The notes under the pieces were generated by a model. It was not told the DNA's origin. It saw only the letters and a list, made by a program, of their open reading frames with translations, and ran no database searches. The position numbers and the translations under genes are program-made. Below are positions 9,817 through 20,001 of a stretch of 52,355 nucleotides of DNA, piece after piece; within the stretch, counting starts at the first letter, position 1, and the number at the start of each line of letters is the position of its first letter. This DNA is from an uncultured Bacteroidales bacterium (GTDB lineage: Bacteria > Bacteroidota > Bacteroidia > Bacteroidales > Bacteroidaceae), in assembly GCA_902773225.1 (NCBI GenBank), contig CACYEC010000077.1, positions 1 to 52,355 on the forward strand, read 5' to 3'.

Positions 9817-10863
9817 CTAAACATATCCGAGGAGATAAGACACAATTTTTTTCTTCATTCTCTGCCAACGTTGTTGTTTCACCAATGCCTCACAGAGGTT
9901 GTAGATGGCCTCGGCATCCTTTTCGGCCATGGCCTTAACGAAAGGGTCGTCGAGGAATCCTTCAGTGTTCCTCACTTTCTGCACTTCCTGATAAATAGGG
10001 TCGCGAAGTTCATCCTTAATTTTAAACAAAATGTCTTCCTTGTCGCCAAAATTGAAAATGATTCTCTGACAGATATCGGAACGCAACACATTCTTCAGTT
10101 CAATACGTAGGTAGTCGAATGCCAAATCGTAGTGCTGTTTCCGACTCAATTCGTCTTTAATGACAAAGAGTTTCTTCAGGTCGTCCAACAGCGTTGGATT
10201 ATAACGAGTGGTTATTCCTCCGAATCTGTAGTTATACCCAATCTTGTCTAAAATATAGATGGAATTGAGGTGTGGGAAGAGCATCAGGTTGAAGTAGAGG
10301 TCCTCTCCCATTTTCAGTCCACTGGGCTGTACATTGGCTTTTTCAAGAAGCGAGCGCTTGTAGAGTTTTCCCCACATGGTGACCGAGAGGATGTTCTTAC
10401 CAAAGAAGGAAACATAATAGTCGTTGAACAATTCCGGTTGCTTGATTAGTCCATAGACTGGGCATGACGACTTGGTGCGTATCAGTCCCCAACTATCCAT
10501 TACCCTTTGTGACATCACCTCCACATAGTCTGCGTCAGTTTCCACAATCTTGTCGTACATGACTTGCAGCGTATCGTTACCACACAACCAGTCATCAGAA
10601 TCCACAAACATGACATACTCGCCCTTCGACTCCTCAAGCCCAATCATTCTGGCTTTCTCCACACCTTTATTTACGATGAGGTTGATGACCTTGACTCTTT
10701 TGTCGGATTGCTCGAAACTACGTCCCACCGTAAGTGTGTCGTCAGTAGAAGCATCGTTCACAACGATTACTTCTATGTCAGAATAGGTTTGTTTCAGAAT
10801 GGAACGAAGGCATTGTTCCAAATACAAGCCTGTGTTATAGGCTGCCAATATCAGAGAAATCAT
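9817..10863 (-). CDS. Glycosyltransferase family 2 (paralogue of the two modules of the next gene)
   Basis: ILAAYNTGLYLEQCLRSILKQTY ... VVNDASTDDT ... FVDSDDWL ... MGEDLYFN ... YNYRFGGITTRYNP. Confidence 0.85.
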   Translation of the reverse strand: MISLILAAYNTGLYLEQCLRSILKQTYSDIEVIVVNDASTDDTLTVGRSFEQSDKRVKVINLIVNKGVEKARMIGLEESKGEYVMFVDSDDWLCGNDTLQVMYDKIVETDADYVEVMSQRVMDSWGLIRTKSSCPVYGLIKQPELFNDYYVSFFGKNILSVTMWGKLYKRSLLEKANVQPSGLKMGEDLYFNLMLFPHLNSIYILDKIGYNYRFGGITTRYNPTLLDDLKKLFVIKDELSRKQHYDLAFDYLRIELKNVLRSDICQRIIFNFGDKEDILFKIKDELRDPIYQEVQKVRNTEGFLDDPFVKAMAEKDAEAIYNLCEALVKQQRWQRMKKKIVSYLLGYV

Positions 10864-10920
10864 AGTATTCTAATGATGAATTATACTTGAAAACGTTTTT
10901 CTTATGCTGTAAACGAATGG

Positions 10921-13056
10921 TTATGCAGACACCAGTCTGGAAATGCCAGACAGCAGTTTGGTTCTCATTACAGACCATCTTGAGACATGAGCCTCAATAT
11001 ATTTGACAACACTTTTGGTATCCTTTTCCCGAAGAAGCTGAAGGAACTCATCCTGACTGTCTTCTATTGACATTAATTCCTTGTATTCGTCTGTGGTATA
11101 AAAATCATTCACGAACTCTACCGTCTCGGTTCTTCTATTGGGTGAATTGACAAGACAGAGCCGGTACTTGATCACATCCTTGAACGTGTTCAAGAAATAA
11201 TGCTTCAGGCCAGGTAGATATTCAGGTTCATGTTCCTGCGCATACTTTTTCCTCAACCAATAGAGTTTGCTATGATCTGTCCAGAACTTAGGATTAAAAG
11301 TAGATGTGGAACCACCGTATCTGTAATAATACTTACATACCGGTAGGGAGTAAAGCGAGTGGATATAGGGAGATATTTCCTGCAAGAAGAGCAAATCATC
11401 GCCAAAATGGATGTCAGAATCGTGAAAATCAAGCCGTTCGAACACCTTTGTCCGAAAGAGTTTAGACCACACATTGTTGGAAAAAACTTTTTGGGTATAT
11501 ATGCTATGATACTTCTTCATAGCCTCGCTGTCATACTTCTGCTCCTTATAAGGACAAATAGATTGCTTCAGCCACCCCCGACTGTCCATCGTCCTCTTAA
11601 ACCCCATGGCCACAATGTCAACATCGTGCTGTTCCGCACATTCTACCGCAGTTTGGATATAATCACTATCTATCCAGTCATCGGAATCAACCTGAAAAAA
11701 GTATTCACCTTGAATGAGTTCCAAAACACAGAGTCTACTATTATAAATACCTTTATTCACTGAACTGTCTATAACACGTACTCTTCTATCTTTCGCCTCG
11801 TACTCACGACATATCTCTAAACTATGGTCGTTCGATGCGTCATTGAAAAGGATGATTTCAAGATTGTAATAAGTCTGATTCAAGATTGACTCCACACATT
11901 GTCTCAGGAATTTCTCCGAGTTATAAACAGGTACAAAAACACTGACTAAATGCTGACCAATAACCTTATTCACATGCCTTTTGCGTAGGCAAAGAATGCC
12001 TTCAGCCCTCAATATGAAATTAGAGAAAGATGACAGGAAATTATAACCTTTAGCAATCCACTTAGTTCGCAGGATATCGAAAGTAGAGTTATTATTTTTT
12101 ATAAATCGAATAATACCCTCAGAGTCCTTTTTACGAAGCAAGTTCAGAAACATGTCGTCATCTTCAAGGGCAATCAACTCCTCATACTCCTTAGTCGAAT
12201 AAAAGGCCTGCAAATCGGCAACCACCTCCTCGAATTTCGTATTTGACTTGTAAAAGAATATTTTATTCCTTATGACCGACTTCACTATATCCAAAAAGAA
12301 CAAGGTTAATCCGTGCACATAATCGGGTTCATACTTCAATGCATAGTCCTTGCGTAACCAGTACAGTTTACAGTGATCAGCCAGGAACTTGGAATGATAA
12401 TTCATAGTTGAACCGCCATACCTATAGTAATATCCTTGATAGTCACAGACATAGATAGAGTTGATTGCAGGCGATATGCTTTGTGTGAACAACAAGTCTT
12501 CTCCAAAATGAATATCAGATGGTTGAGGTTTACAAGCCATGATGACATCCATTCGTATCAACTTCTCCCACACATTATTGTAAAAAACCCTTTGCGTGTA
12601 TATATGATGGTATTTGGCCAAATCCTCCTTCGTGTACAGACCGGGTTTGTATGGGTATGATTTAGCGTGAATCAGGCCCCATTTGTCCAAAGTACGTATG
12701 AATCCTACTGTGACAACATCGACATGATAGGATTCAGCCTTTTCTACCATGGTCTTTATACAGTCTTTATCTATCCAGTCATCGCTATCGACCTGAAAGA
12801 AATATTTACCAGTCATCAAGTCCAGTATCTTGAGTCTGGAATTATACAAACCCATGTTCTTTTCATTATGAATCACCCTCACTCTCCGGTCCTTCATTTC
12901 ATATTCACAACAGATACCAGGACTGCTGTCTGTAGAATGGTCATTACACAGCAAAACCTCAATATCCTTATATGATTGGCCCAGTATAGAATCCACACAC
13001 TGACGAAGATATTGTTCCGCGTTGTAGATAGGAACGAAAATTGAAACTGTACTCAT
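10921..13056 (-). CDS. Bimodular glycosyltransferase: two complete family-2 GT modules fused in one 711-aa ORF
   Basis: Module 1 begins MSTVSIFVPIYNAEQYLRQCVDSILGQSY ... QVDSDDWIDKD ... YYYRYGGSTMNYH. Module 2 begins HLVSVFVPVYNSEKFLRQCVESILNQTY ... QVDSDDWIDSD ... YYYRYGGSTSTFN. The two are collinear over about 345 aa each. Confidence 0.85.
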   Translation of the reverse strand: MSTVSIFVPIYNAEQYLRQCVDSILGQSYKDIEVLLCNDHSTDSSPGICCEYEMKDRRVRVIHNEKNMGLYNSRLKILDLMTGKYFFQVDSDDWIDKDCIKTMVEKAESYHVDVVTVGFIRTLDKWGLIHAKSYPYKPGLYTKEDLAKYHHIYTQRVFYNNVWEKLIRMDVIMACKPQPSDIHFGEDLLFTQSISPAINSIYVCDYQGYYYRYGGSTMNYHSKFLADHCKLYWLRKDYALKYEPDYVHGLTLFFLDIVKSVIRNKIFFYKSNTKFEEVVADLQAFYSTKEYEELIALEDDDMFLNLLRKKDSEGIIRFIKNNNSTFDILRTKWIAKGYNFLSSFSNFILRAEGILCLRKRHVNKVIGQHLVSVFVPVYNSEKFLRQCVESILNQTYYNLEIILFNDASNDHSLEICREYEAKDRRVRVIDSSVNKGIYNSRLCVLELIQGEYFFQVDSDDWIDSDYIQTAVECAEQHDVDIVAMGFKRTMDSRGWLKQSICPYKEQKYDSEAMKKYHSIYTQKVFSNNVWSKLFRTKVFERLDFHDSDIHFGDDLLFLQEISPYIHSLYSLPVCKYYYRYGGSTSTFNPKFWTDHSKLYWLRKKYAQEHEPEYLPGLKHYFLNTFKDVIKYRLCLVNSPNRRTETVEFVNDFYTTDEYKELMSIEDSQDEFLQLLREKDTKSVVKYIEAHVSRWSVMRTKLLSGISRLVSA

Positions 13057-13155
13057 AGAAAGATGAACATATAGTATTATGAGGTATTACACGAGTAGCG
13101 AAAGACTCATTTCCTCACATTGGGGTTCGGATTATATGAAATTGTTGAATAAATA

Positions 13156-14277
13156 CTACGACTGAAACCTAATAATGTTGTAGTAAAAATTAAAAGAGTA
13201 CATGATAATGATTGCATATCCCATATACTTCTCATGGTCGGTCCAAAATCGTTTCTTCGAGGTTGGGTATGACATGACAAGTGGAAGGATGAACCATGAG
13301 ATCTGTGCAATACGGTTGGAATAGGTGGCACGAATCACAATAATCCAGAACGCATTGGCCAGGCAATAAATATTGAACACCCAGATATAAAACTCATCCT
13401 TGAACTTTCTCTTGATGATAAAATACCATCCGAAAGCGATACCTAATGCACTGAACAAAACGAAGTCCCAACGGAACTCCATGGTGGTTTGCACAATCTC
13501 TCCTACCTGGTTGGTTCCTGTAAGATAACCATTAAATCGTTCATCATCCTGCATGATCCCCAAACCAGAAATCATGTTTTGCAATGTCATACCCATGGTC
13601 AGTGACAGTATGATAGAAAGGAACCATCCCACTATATAGAGATACGAATTCTTAATATACCATGCTATTACAGCCGCCCCAACAACAAGCCACATGGATT
13701 TATGAAACCCCGTGCTACAGAAAGCAAGAAGCATAGCAAGTCCAGGGCGATTGATATTGGCGAGTGCAAGAATGAAAACAGATGCGCCAAGCCCGTTTCT
13801 GATTCCATTCACGCCGTAAGTCCAGAAAGTGAACATACTGAGAAACACAAGAAAGGGCACATAATAGTGTTGTCCGAAAATGATTCTGATAGCCAACCAC
13901 AATCCCCCCACATAAATGACGGCATTGATTAAGAACAAGACATGAATATCAGCATAAGAAGCACAGAAGTTACTTAAATTGGTATAAGCCCACTCTCGAC
14001 CAAAGAACGGCTCAAAGACATAACCTCGTTCTTGCAATGCAAAGAATCCTTTGGAATAATTGATAGTATCGCCAAAACGCCAGTCAACAGGCCGCAATCC
14101 CATAAGAAGAATGAAGAACACAGTAAGGAAAACGCCAAAAGAGCCATTGAGTGCTTCCACATCGGGACGCAGAATCTGCTGGGTATGACATTGGTAGACA
14201 GTCAGGATTACAAACACCATAACCATGTAATAGTAGATCCTGGAGAACATATATGGTTCAAGAAAAGTAATCTCCAT
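13156..14277 (-). CDS. Polytopic membrane protein, O-antigen/EPS polymerase type (Wzy/EpsG-like)
   Basis: 373 aa, about 10 hydrophobic helices and no soluble domain. It is the only polytopic integral membrane protein in the locus. Confidence 0.7.
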   Translation of the reverse strand: MEITFLEPYMFSRIYYYMVMVFVILTVYQCHTQQILRPDVEALNGSFGVFLTVFFILLMGLRPVDWRFGDTINYSKGFFALQERGYVFEPFFGREWAYTNLSNFCASYADIHVLFLINAVIYVGGLWLAIRIIFGQHYYVPFLVFLSMFTFWTYGVNGIRNGLGASVFILALANINRPGLAMLLAFCSTGFHKSMWLVVGAAVIAWYIKNSYLYIVGWFLSIILSLTMGMTLQNMISGLGIMQDDERFNGYLTGTNQVGEIVQTTMEFRWDFVLFSALGIAFGWYFIIKRKFKDEFYIWVFNIYCLANAFWIIVIRATYSNRIAQISWFILPLVMSYPTSKKRFWTDHEKYMGYAIIIMYSFNFYYNIIRFQS

Positions 14278-14358
14278 ATAAAAAACTCAGTTTAATTTTG
14301 TTTGTTCAGAATAAAGAGGATTTTTGGCTTCGTAAAAAAAGTGATTAAGCAAGAGTCC

Positions 14359-15390
14359 TTATCTATAGATGAGTTTATAGATGGTTACCAGTAACAAGTA
14401 AACTCCTAATGGGAAATTATACTTCGCACAAGCGAAGAATGTTTTCCAATGCAGGGGAAAATACTTCAAAGGCATTCTACTAACAGCCCTCCGGTACCAT
14501 TCTTTCTGCATGAAAGCCTTGATTTTCTTATAATGGTTACGACTAGAATCTTTGGCAAAGAGTATATTAAGCCCCACTCCAATGATACAAATCGCCTTTC
14601 TGGTGTCGAGCGCATCCACCAATGTCTGGTCTTTCAAGGGTGTGAGCCAAGTTCCTATTTTTTCGAACAGCGTTTCCCATTGTTCAATCAGACGTGGTTT
14701 GTTGGCACTCGACAACGATGCGTTCTCCAGTTTTCTGTAATGATATAGACATTGAGCCAGGTAGTAAGCAGACTTGATATACGTGAAATAATAAACATTG
14801 AAAAGCAAGTCTTCCGTGCCAATCTCTTTGGTATCAACAAACTGGATGTGATGCTTTTTGATGATGTCGGTCTTATACAATTTTCCCCAAGCGGTTGACA
14901 GGCTGTCAATCTTCTCGGGGTGAGCCAAGTCCTCTCCCATTGGAGATATCAGCCTTTGGAAAAGGCTGTGCATTCGCTCTCCATCAAACTTGATGTCTTG
15001 GTCGGAAAAAATCTGCTTGGAAAGCGACTTAGTGGGAAATTCGCGTATGTAAGAGAAAAAGACAAGATCCATGTCCTTACCACAGGCTATGGCCTTCTCA
15101 CAACAGTCAAGTTCCAGTTCGTCGTCGCTGTCCACGAACATGCACCATTCCCCCATGGCTTTTGCCATACCAGTGTTTCTCGCACCAGAAAGACCTTGGT
15201 TGGACTGCTGGCAGATGATGATGCGGGAATCCTTTTGCCTGTATTGGTTCAAGATGTCGGCTGAAGCATCTTTTGAACCGTCATCGACACAGATGATTTC
15301 CAGATCCTGATAAGTCTGCCCGATGACAGAATCGAGGCATTTTTCAAGATAATCCTCTGAATTGTAAACAGGAATTATAACACTAATCAT
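14359..15390 (-). CDS. Glycosyltransferase family 2
   Basis: VIIPVYNSEDYLEKCLDSVIGQTY ... CVDDGSKD ... FVDSDDEL. Confidence 0.85.
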   Translation of the reverse strand: MISVIIPVYNSEDYLEKCLDSVIGQTYQDLEIICVDDGSKDASADILNQYRQKDSRIIICQQSNQGLSGARNTGMAKAMGEWCMFVDSDDELELDCCEKAIACGKDMDLVFFSYIREFPTKSLSKQIFSDQDIKFDGERMHSLFQRLISPMGEDLAHPEKIDSLSTAWGKLYKTDIIKKHHIQFVDTKEIGTEDLLFNVYYFTYIKSAYYLAQCLYHYRKLENASLSSANKPRLIEQWETLFEKIGTWLTPLKDQTLVDALDTRKAICIIGVGLNILFAKDSSRNHYKKIKAFMQKEWYRRAVSRMPLKYFPLHWKTFFACAKYNFPLGVYLLLVTIYKLIYR

Positions 15391-16277
15391 CTGTTCTTAC
15401 GATTTTTATACATGATATATCCATAGAAAGCGACCCCGAGCGGAGTGGCAAGCAAAGTGATGAATTTTCGGGGTGATTCCTTGATGTAATTGCCATTACG
15501 CAAGATGATGCTACTCGACACATAATGGGCGGCTTCGATGAAACGCCGTTTCCAAGTAGGTGCCAGACACATAGAGTTCTTGCGGATAAAAGCGAATCCC
15601 TTAGGATTGCGCAGATACTGACGGAACATGTTCATACTTGAACCATCGGCTCGGTATTCCACCAGACATACAATTTCATTGAGTGTCAGCAGTTCATAGT
15701 CTTGGTCAATCAACTGGTACTTGTAGCCAAGCGACACATACTTCTCACCCTCGAACAATGGATATTCGGGATATGAGCATATCACGTCGGTTCGGTAGAT
15801 TAACTTTTTGTCGCCTCTTCCGCCATTCGCATAAAAACCGTTGACCGTGCTGTGTTTCATGTCTTCGGGAAAAGGCGTGCCTATCACTTTACCCTGTAAA
15901 TCAGCATCGAGGGCCATCATGCCAGCATACTTGTCGGACCCATACTTACGCCAGAAAGAGATGATTTTCTCCACTGCGTCATCGGGCATGTAGTCGTCAG
16001 AATCAATGCAGGTGTTCAATTCCGTGTGAATATTCCTGTAGGCGGTGTTGTGAGCGCCATGCATGCCCTGGTTATCTTGATAAATATAACGGATGTTCAC
16101 TTTCCCTTCGTCCATCCACTGTTTGACCAGTTCTCGGGTGTTGTCAGTGGAACCATCGTCCACAATCAGCCACTCGAAGTCATCACAAGTCTGACGGCAG
16201 AGTGCTTCATAACCGAGCGGTAGGGAATAAGCACGATTGTATGCAGGGGTGAAAATGGTCAGCGTTTTCTTGTCCAT
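15387..16277 (-). CDS. Glycosyltransferase family 2
   Basis: TIFTPAYNRAYSLPLGYEALCRQT ... IVDDGSTDNT ... CIDSDDYM. 4-nt overlap with the downstream gene. Confidence 0.8.
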   Translation of the reverse strand: MDKKTLTIFTPAYNRAYSLPLGYEALCRQTCDDFEWLIVDDGSTDNTRELVKQWMDEGKVNIRYIYQDNQGMHGAHNTAYRNIHTELNTCIDSDDYMPDDAVEKIISFWRKYGSDKYAGMMALDADLQGKVIGTPFPEDMKHSTVNGFYANGGRGDKKLIYRTDVICSYPEYPLFEGEKYVSLGYKYQLIDQDYELLTLNEIVCLVEYRADGSSMNMFRQYLRNPKGFAFIRKNSMCLAPTWKRRFIEAAHYVSSSIILRNGNYIKESPRKFITLLATPLGVAFYGYIMYKNRKNR

Positions 16278-16367
16278 AATGATAGGAACATAATTAATGC
16301 TATAGGGATGTTCGATTGAACCCGAGCGACCCGATTTGTCTTTTTGTGCCTGGTAGGTCTGTCGTAT

Positions 16368-17528
16368 CTATTCATGTAAGGTTCTTGTCAAGCCCTTTTC
16401 TATTTGTGATATATAGAAATCTTGGAGCAAAGGGGCGTTTTTGCTGACATCGTATCCAGCATCGATGACTTGCTGCAGTGTGGAAGTCCTTTCTTTTGTA
16501 GATGCGGCCAACTGCAGCAGTTGCTCAGCCCATTGTTCGGCAGTTTGATTGAGCGACATCACATGCATCCTTTGGGTGACTATCACCTCCTTGGGAATCC
16601 TGTCGGAAATCAGGCAGTTTAATCCTGTGGACTGTGCTTCAATGAGCGTGACGGGCAGTCCCTCGAAAATGGAGGGGAACAGGAAGGCATCGGCAGCCAT
16701 CATGACATCGGGAATATCGTCGCGACTGCCAAGGAATCGAACATAGCCTTGAAGTCCAAGACGCGCCACTTTCTCTTCGATGGCTTGACGTTTTGGACCT
16801 GCCCCCGTCAGCAACAAGACGCTGTCTTCATGCAGTTTGTGGAATTGCTGGAATATATCAATAATGAACGGATGATTCTTGGGCATGACAAAACTCCCCA
16901 CGTGCAAAACCACCAGTGTGGAATCAGACAGCCCGAGTTCGTTTCTCACCTTTTCTCTTTTGGCACCAGAGAAGATATACCGATTGGTGTCGATGGCATT
17001 GTTGAGATGGATGGCTTTCTTACCCAGTTTCTTACCGAAGAGCCAAGTAGCGGCTTCATTACCACAAGTAAACCCATGAGTGAGATAAGGACGCATCCGA
17101 TGTTTTAGGTAGGTGCGCATGATGAGTTTCAAGTCGAAAGGGACATGACTACTGTGAGCATGCGCTATGATGACCGGCACACCTCTCTTGGCGGCTTCCC
17201 GATAAAAGAAATAGCCCGACTCTGAGCACTGTCCATGAATCACTTTGTACTCAGGATGCTGGTCGAAGAAAAGACTGATTTGTTTCTTGTATTGATGAAA
17301 AGTAAGGGGATTGAGAGGCATGAAACGGTAAATACGGCCTCCCAATGACTCTATCTCGTCTTCGTAGGCACCGCGTTCCTGACGATGAACGGCAAAGTCG
17401 AACTGCACTTTATTTCGGTCGATATGGCGGTAGTAGTTCATCACCATGGTCTCAGCACCACCTCGGTTGAGTATGGTGAAAAGCATGAGCACTCGTAACG
17501 GTCCTTTTTGTGATTCTGTCTGCATCAT
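16368..17528 (-). CDS. Glycosyltransferase family 4
   Basis: FPSIFEGLPVTLIEAQSTGLNCLISDRIPKE (E-x7-E), with the Rossmann-like N-terminus RVLMLFTILNRGGAE. Confidence 0.85.
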   Translation of the reverse strand: MMQTESQKGPLRVLMLFTILNRGGAETMVMNYYRHIDRNKVQFDFAVHRQERGAYEDEIESLGGRIYRFMPLNPLTFHQYKKQISLFFDQHPEYKVIHGQCSESGYFFYREAAKRGVPVIIAHAHSSHVPFDLKLIMRTYLKHRMRPYLTHGFTCGNEAATWLFGKKLGKKAIHLNNAIDTNRYIFSGAKREKVRNELGLSDSTLVVLHVGSFVMPKNHPFIIDIFQQFHKLHEDSVLLLTGAGPKRQAIEEKVARLGLQGYVRFLGSRDDIPDVMMAADAFLFPSIFEGLPVTLIEAQSTGLNCLISDRIPKEVIVTQRMHVMSLNQTAEQWAEQLLQLAASTKERTSTLQQVIDAGYDVSKNAPLLQDFYISQIEKGLTRTLHE

Positions 17529-17558
17529 CTGATAGTGAAAAAAAACGTCAAGCCGGTT

Positions 17559-18251
17559 TCACTCCATCTTCTGGCCTATGAGCCTGTGATATAATTGCGC
17601 CAACTTCTGCCTCCATGACTTGACTTTCAACCATGACTGTCCAAACCAATGGATGGCATGGGTATGGGGTGTCTTGTGAAGCAATCCTGTAATATAGTCA
17701 TAGGGAGTGAAATAATCGGTAGGGAAAAGATGGAACAAGTCATGATTCTGCTCTTGTCCATCGAGCCTCACGCCATATTCTGCAGTAAGCATAGACGTGA
17801 AAACCATGACATTGGTATCAAGGTCAAGACTGCCGTCTTTCTTGATGAAAGTTCGCTGGGCATAGTGGTCCATGAAATTCTTCAGTATGGGATTGTCGGA
17901 TTCTGAGGCCATGGTACTGGTCGCCACCCACTTTGTTCCCTCAAAGCCGAAGAAAGCGTGATAATGAAGCAAGTCGTCGAAGTCTCTGACCACCTCCACA
18001 TCCGTGTCCATATAGATACCTCCAAAAGAGAAAAGGGCATATAGGCGGGCTACATCGCTCACAAATGCCCATTTTTTCAGAGAGTAGGCTTGTTCACAAT
18101 AAGTGTTGATATGGACATCGAAATTGGTCTCGTTCCATTCCACAATCTCGTAGTCAGGACACATCTTTCGCCAGGAGGCGATGCACTCAAGCACATCCTT
18201 TGGTTTCGGACAACCACCAAACCAACAATAATGTATTTTCTTGGGAATCAT
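17559..18251 (-). CDS. DXD-motif sugar transferase (GT32 / capsular 'Gly_transf_sug' type)
   Basis: KKIHYCWFGG ... EIVEWNE ... GGIYMDTDVEV (DxD). The ATG at 18251 overlaps the upstream stop (ATGA), so the 22-codon extension to 18317 in the ORF track is unlikely to be translated. Confidence 0.75.
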   Translation of the reverse strand: MIPKKIHYCWFGGCPKPKDVLECIASWRKMCPDYEIVEWNETNFDVHINTYCEQAYSLKKWAFVSDVARLYALFSFGGIYMDTDVEVVRDFDDLLHYHAFFGFEGTKWVATSTMASESDNPILKNFMDHYAQRTFIKKDGSLDLDTNVMVFTSMLTAEYGVRLDGQEQNHDLFHLFPTDYFTPYDYITGLLHKTPHTHAIHWFGQSWLKVKSWRQKLAQLYHRLIGQKME

Positions 18252-18781
18252 CTGACGACAAGTTCTTGCTTGTGATACACCACACTGCCAGCGGGTATGT
18301 CCTGATAGACGATACATCCTGCGCCCACCACACAGTTATTGCCAATGGTCACCCCCTTGAGCACCACCACATCTGATGCCAGCCAACAATGGTCGCCTAT
18401 GACAATAGGTGCAGAAGTGAGTTGGGTGCTCACCCCTGTCTCATGCGAATGGACATGGTTGTTGTCGAAAACCTTGACACCAGCACCAAAAAGGCAGTGT
18501 TTGCCAATGGTCACACCAGAGTGGGCACTGACCATGCAATAGCGGTTCATGTAAGTGCCTTCACCGATTGAGATAGTGGCATCGTCGAAGACCTCGATGT
18601 CGCAACCATGGGCAAATTCACAGTTACGGCCAATCTCCAACCTTCCACGCTGAAAAATTTTCAAGGCACAGAAAGGACTGATACGTTGCAAGTGATGGAC
18701 GGCATAGCGACTGCCATGCGACAAGCGTCCTACGGCTATGCGCAACAAGTTCATCAGTATGACGATAACGGAACGAATCAT
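18248..18781 (-). CDS. Hexapeptide-repeat O-acetyltransferase (left-handed beta-helix)
   Basis: Repeated [LIV]-G-x4 hexapeptides: IGRNCEFAHGCDIEV, IGEGTYMNRYCMV, IGKHCLFGAGVKV, IGDHCWLASDVVVLKGVTIGNNCVVGAGCIV. Confidence 0.85.
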   Translation of the reverse strand: MIRSVIVILMNLLRIAVGRLSHGSRYAVHHLQRISPFCALKIFQRGRLEIGRNCEFAHGCDIEVFDDATISIGEGTYMNRYCMVSAHSGVTIGKHCLFGAGVKVFDNNHVHSHETGVSTQLTSAPIVIGDHCWLASDVVVLKGVTIGNNCVVGAGCIVYQDIPAGSVVYHKQELVVR

Positions 18782-20001
18782 AATACTTCTAACTTTCTGG
18801 CTTCTTGTTCATTGCCATAGTGATGACAAGACAAGTAATCTTTGATGGAGTCTTGCAAGGCCTTATTGTTGATGAACTCCTCTATTCCATCTGCTGCACC
18901 TTCCACGTCGTTTTCCACAATCACGCCGTCAACCTTGTCGTGAATTTGGCTGTGGGCAGTAGCATAGGAAGTAATGACGCAAGGTTTACAGAGTATCTGT
19001 GCCTCACGCACGGTCACCGCATTGCCTTCATAACGGGAAGGCTGCACATAGATGTCGCACGACTGGATGTAGGGATAAGGGTTTTCTTTCTTCCCCACAA
19101 GCACGAAACGACGTTGCATGCCAGTATCATTGATGGCCTTTTGGATCAAAGGCTCATCGCCACCATAACCGACAATATACCAGAGGATGCTGTAGCCATG
19201 GTCTATCATCGTCTTGCAGATATAGACTGCCCTGTCGAAAGCCTTGGGGTAGGAGAATCGGCCGACAGAACACAAACGGATCATCTCTCCCCCAGCCCTG
19301 TCGCACAAGGAACCGATTTCCTTTTCCACTTCTTCAAGACCTTCCTTGGCCTGTTGTCTGACAAACGACTCTGAAAGGATATTCTCTATCTGTATAATCT
19401 TGCCAGCCAAGGAGGGAAACTTCCCCAGAAAACCCTTGGTGACATCAGGAGAGATGGAAACCACATGGTCGTATGCATCCCATACTGGCAGTTCGTCATT
19501 AGTATCCACATCCACAAAGGAATAGTCGGTGTGAATCCAAGCCAACTTGCGTTTTGCCACCACTTTGTCGCGGACTATATTGTGAGGGATGAGGAAACTG
19601 ATGGCCAGATCGTACTCTCCATACTTGCTTAAGGATGGCAACAAAGGAGTAGTATAGTCTGCGACATACTGATAGATGGCTATCGACTCCTTCACTCCCG
19701 TTCGATGTTCAAACCTACGTGCTGGAATGCGGGCGAACAGTCGTGCAAGTGCAAGGGCGACATAACCACGACGGACAATCTCTGAAATGGGTTGCGAAAG
19801 AGCCGCATAGCGCTTGTTCTCAGGCAGGAGACGAACCTGATCAGGTACCAGTTTCAGAAACTCCCCCGTATGCTTGTAGACAAATAGATCGACATCGAAT
19901 TTGGAATAATCGATGGCATTGAGCAGACCAATCAGCGAACGTTCGGCTCCTCCAATCTCCAGATACTGGATGGCTATGAATATACGTTTTTTTGCGCTCA
20001 T
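18778..20001 (-). CDS. Glycosyltransferase family 4
   Basis: QPSRYEGNAVTVREAQILCKPCVITSYATAHSQIHDKVDGVIV. 4-nt overlap with the acetyltransferase gene. Confidence 0.8.
   Translation of the reverse strand: MSAKKRIFIAIQYLEIGGAERSLIGLLNAIDYSKFDVDLFVYKHTGEFLKLVPDQVRLLPENKRYAALSQPISEIVRRGYVALALARLFARIPARRFEHRTGVKESIAIYQYVADYTTPLLPSLSKYGEYDLAISFLIPHNIVRDKVVAKRKLAWIHTDYSFVDVDTNDELPVWDAYDHVVSISPDVTKGFLGKFPSLAGKIIQIENILSESFVRQQAKEGLEEVEKEIGSLCDRAGGEMIRLCSVGRFSYPKAFDRAVYICKTMIDHGYSILWYIVGYGGDEPLIQKAINDTGMQRRFVLVGKKENPYPYIQSCDIYVQPSRYEGNAVTVREAQILCKPCVITSYATAHSQIHDKVDGVIVENDVEGAADGIEEFINNKALQDSIKDYLSCHHYGNEQEARKLEVL

Noticed and set aside
18252-18317. 22-codon N-terminal extension of the GT32-like ORF
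   Set aside because: The extension overlaps the acetyltransferase coding region. The ATG at 18251 forms an ATGA stop/start overlap and precedes the conserved KKIHYCWFGG N-terminus.
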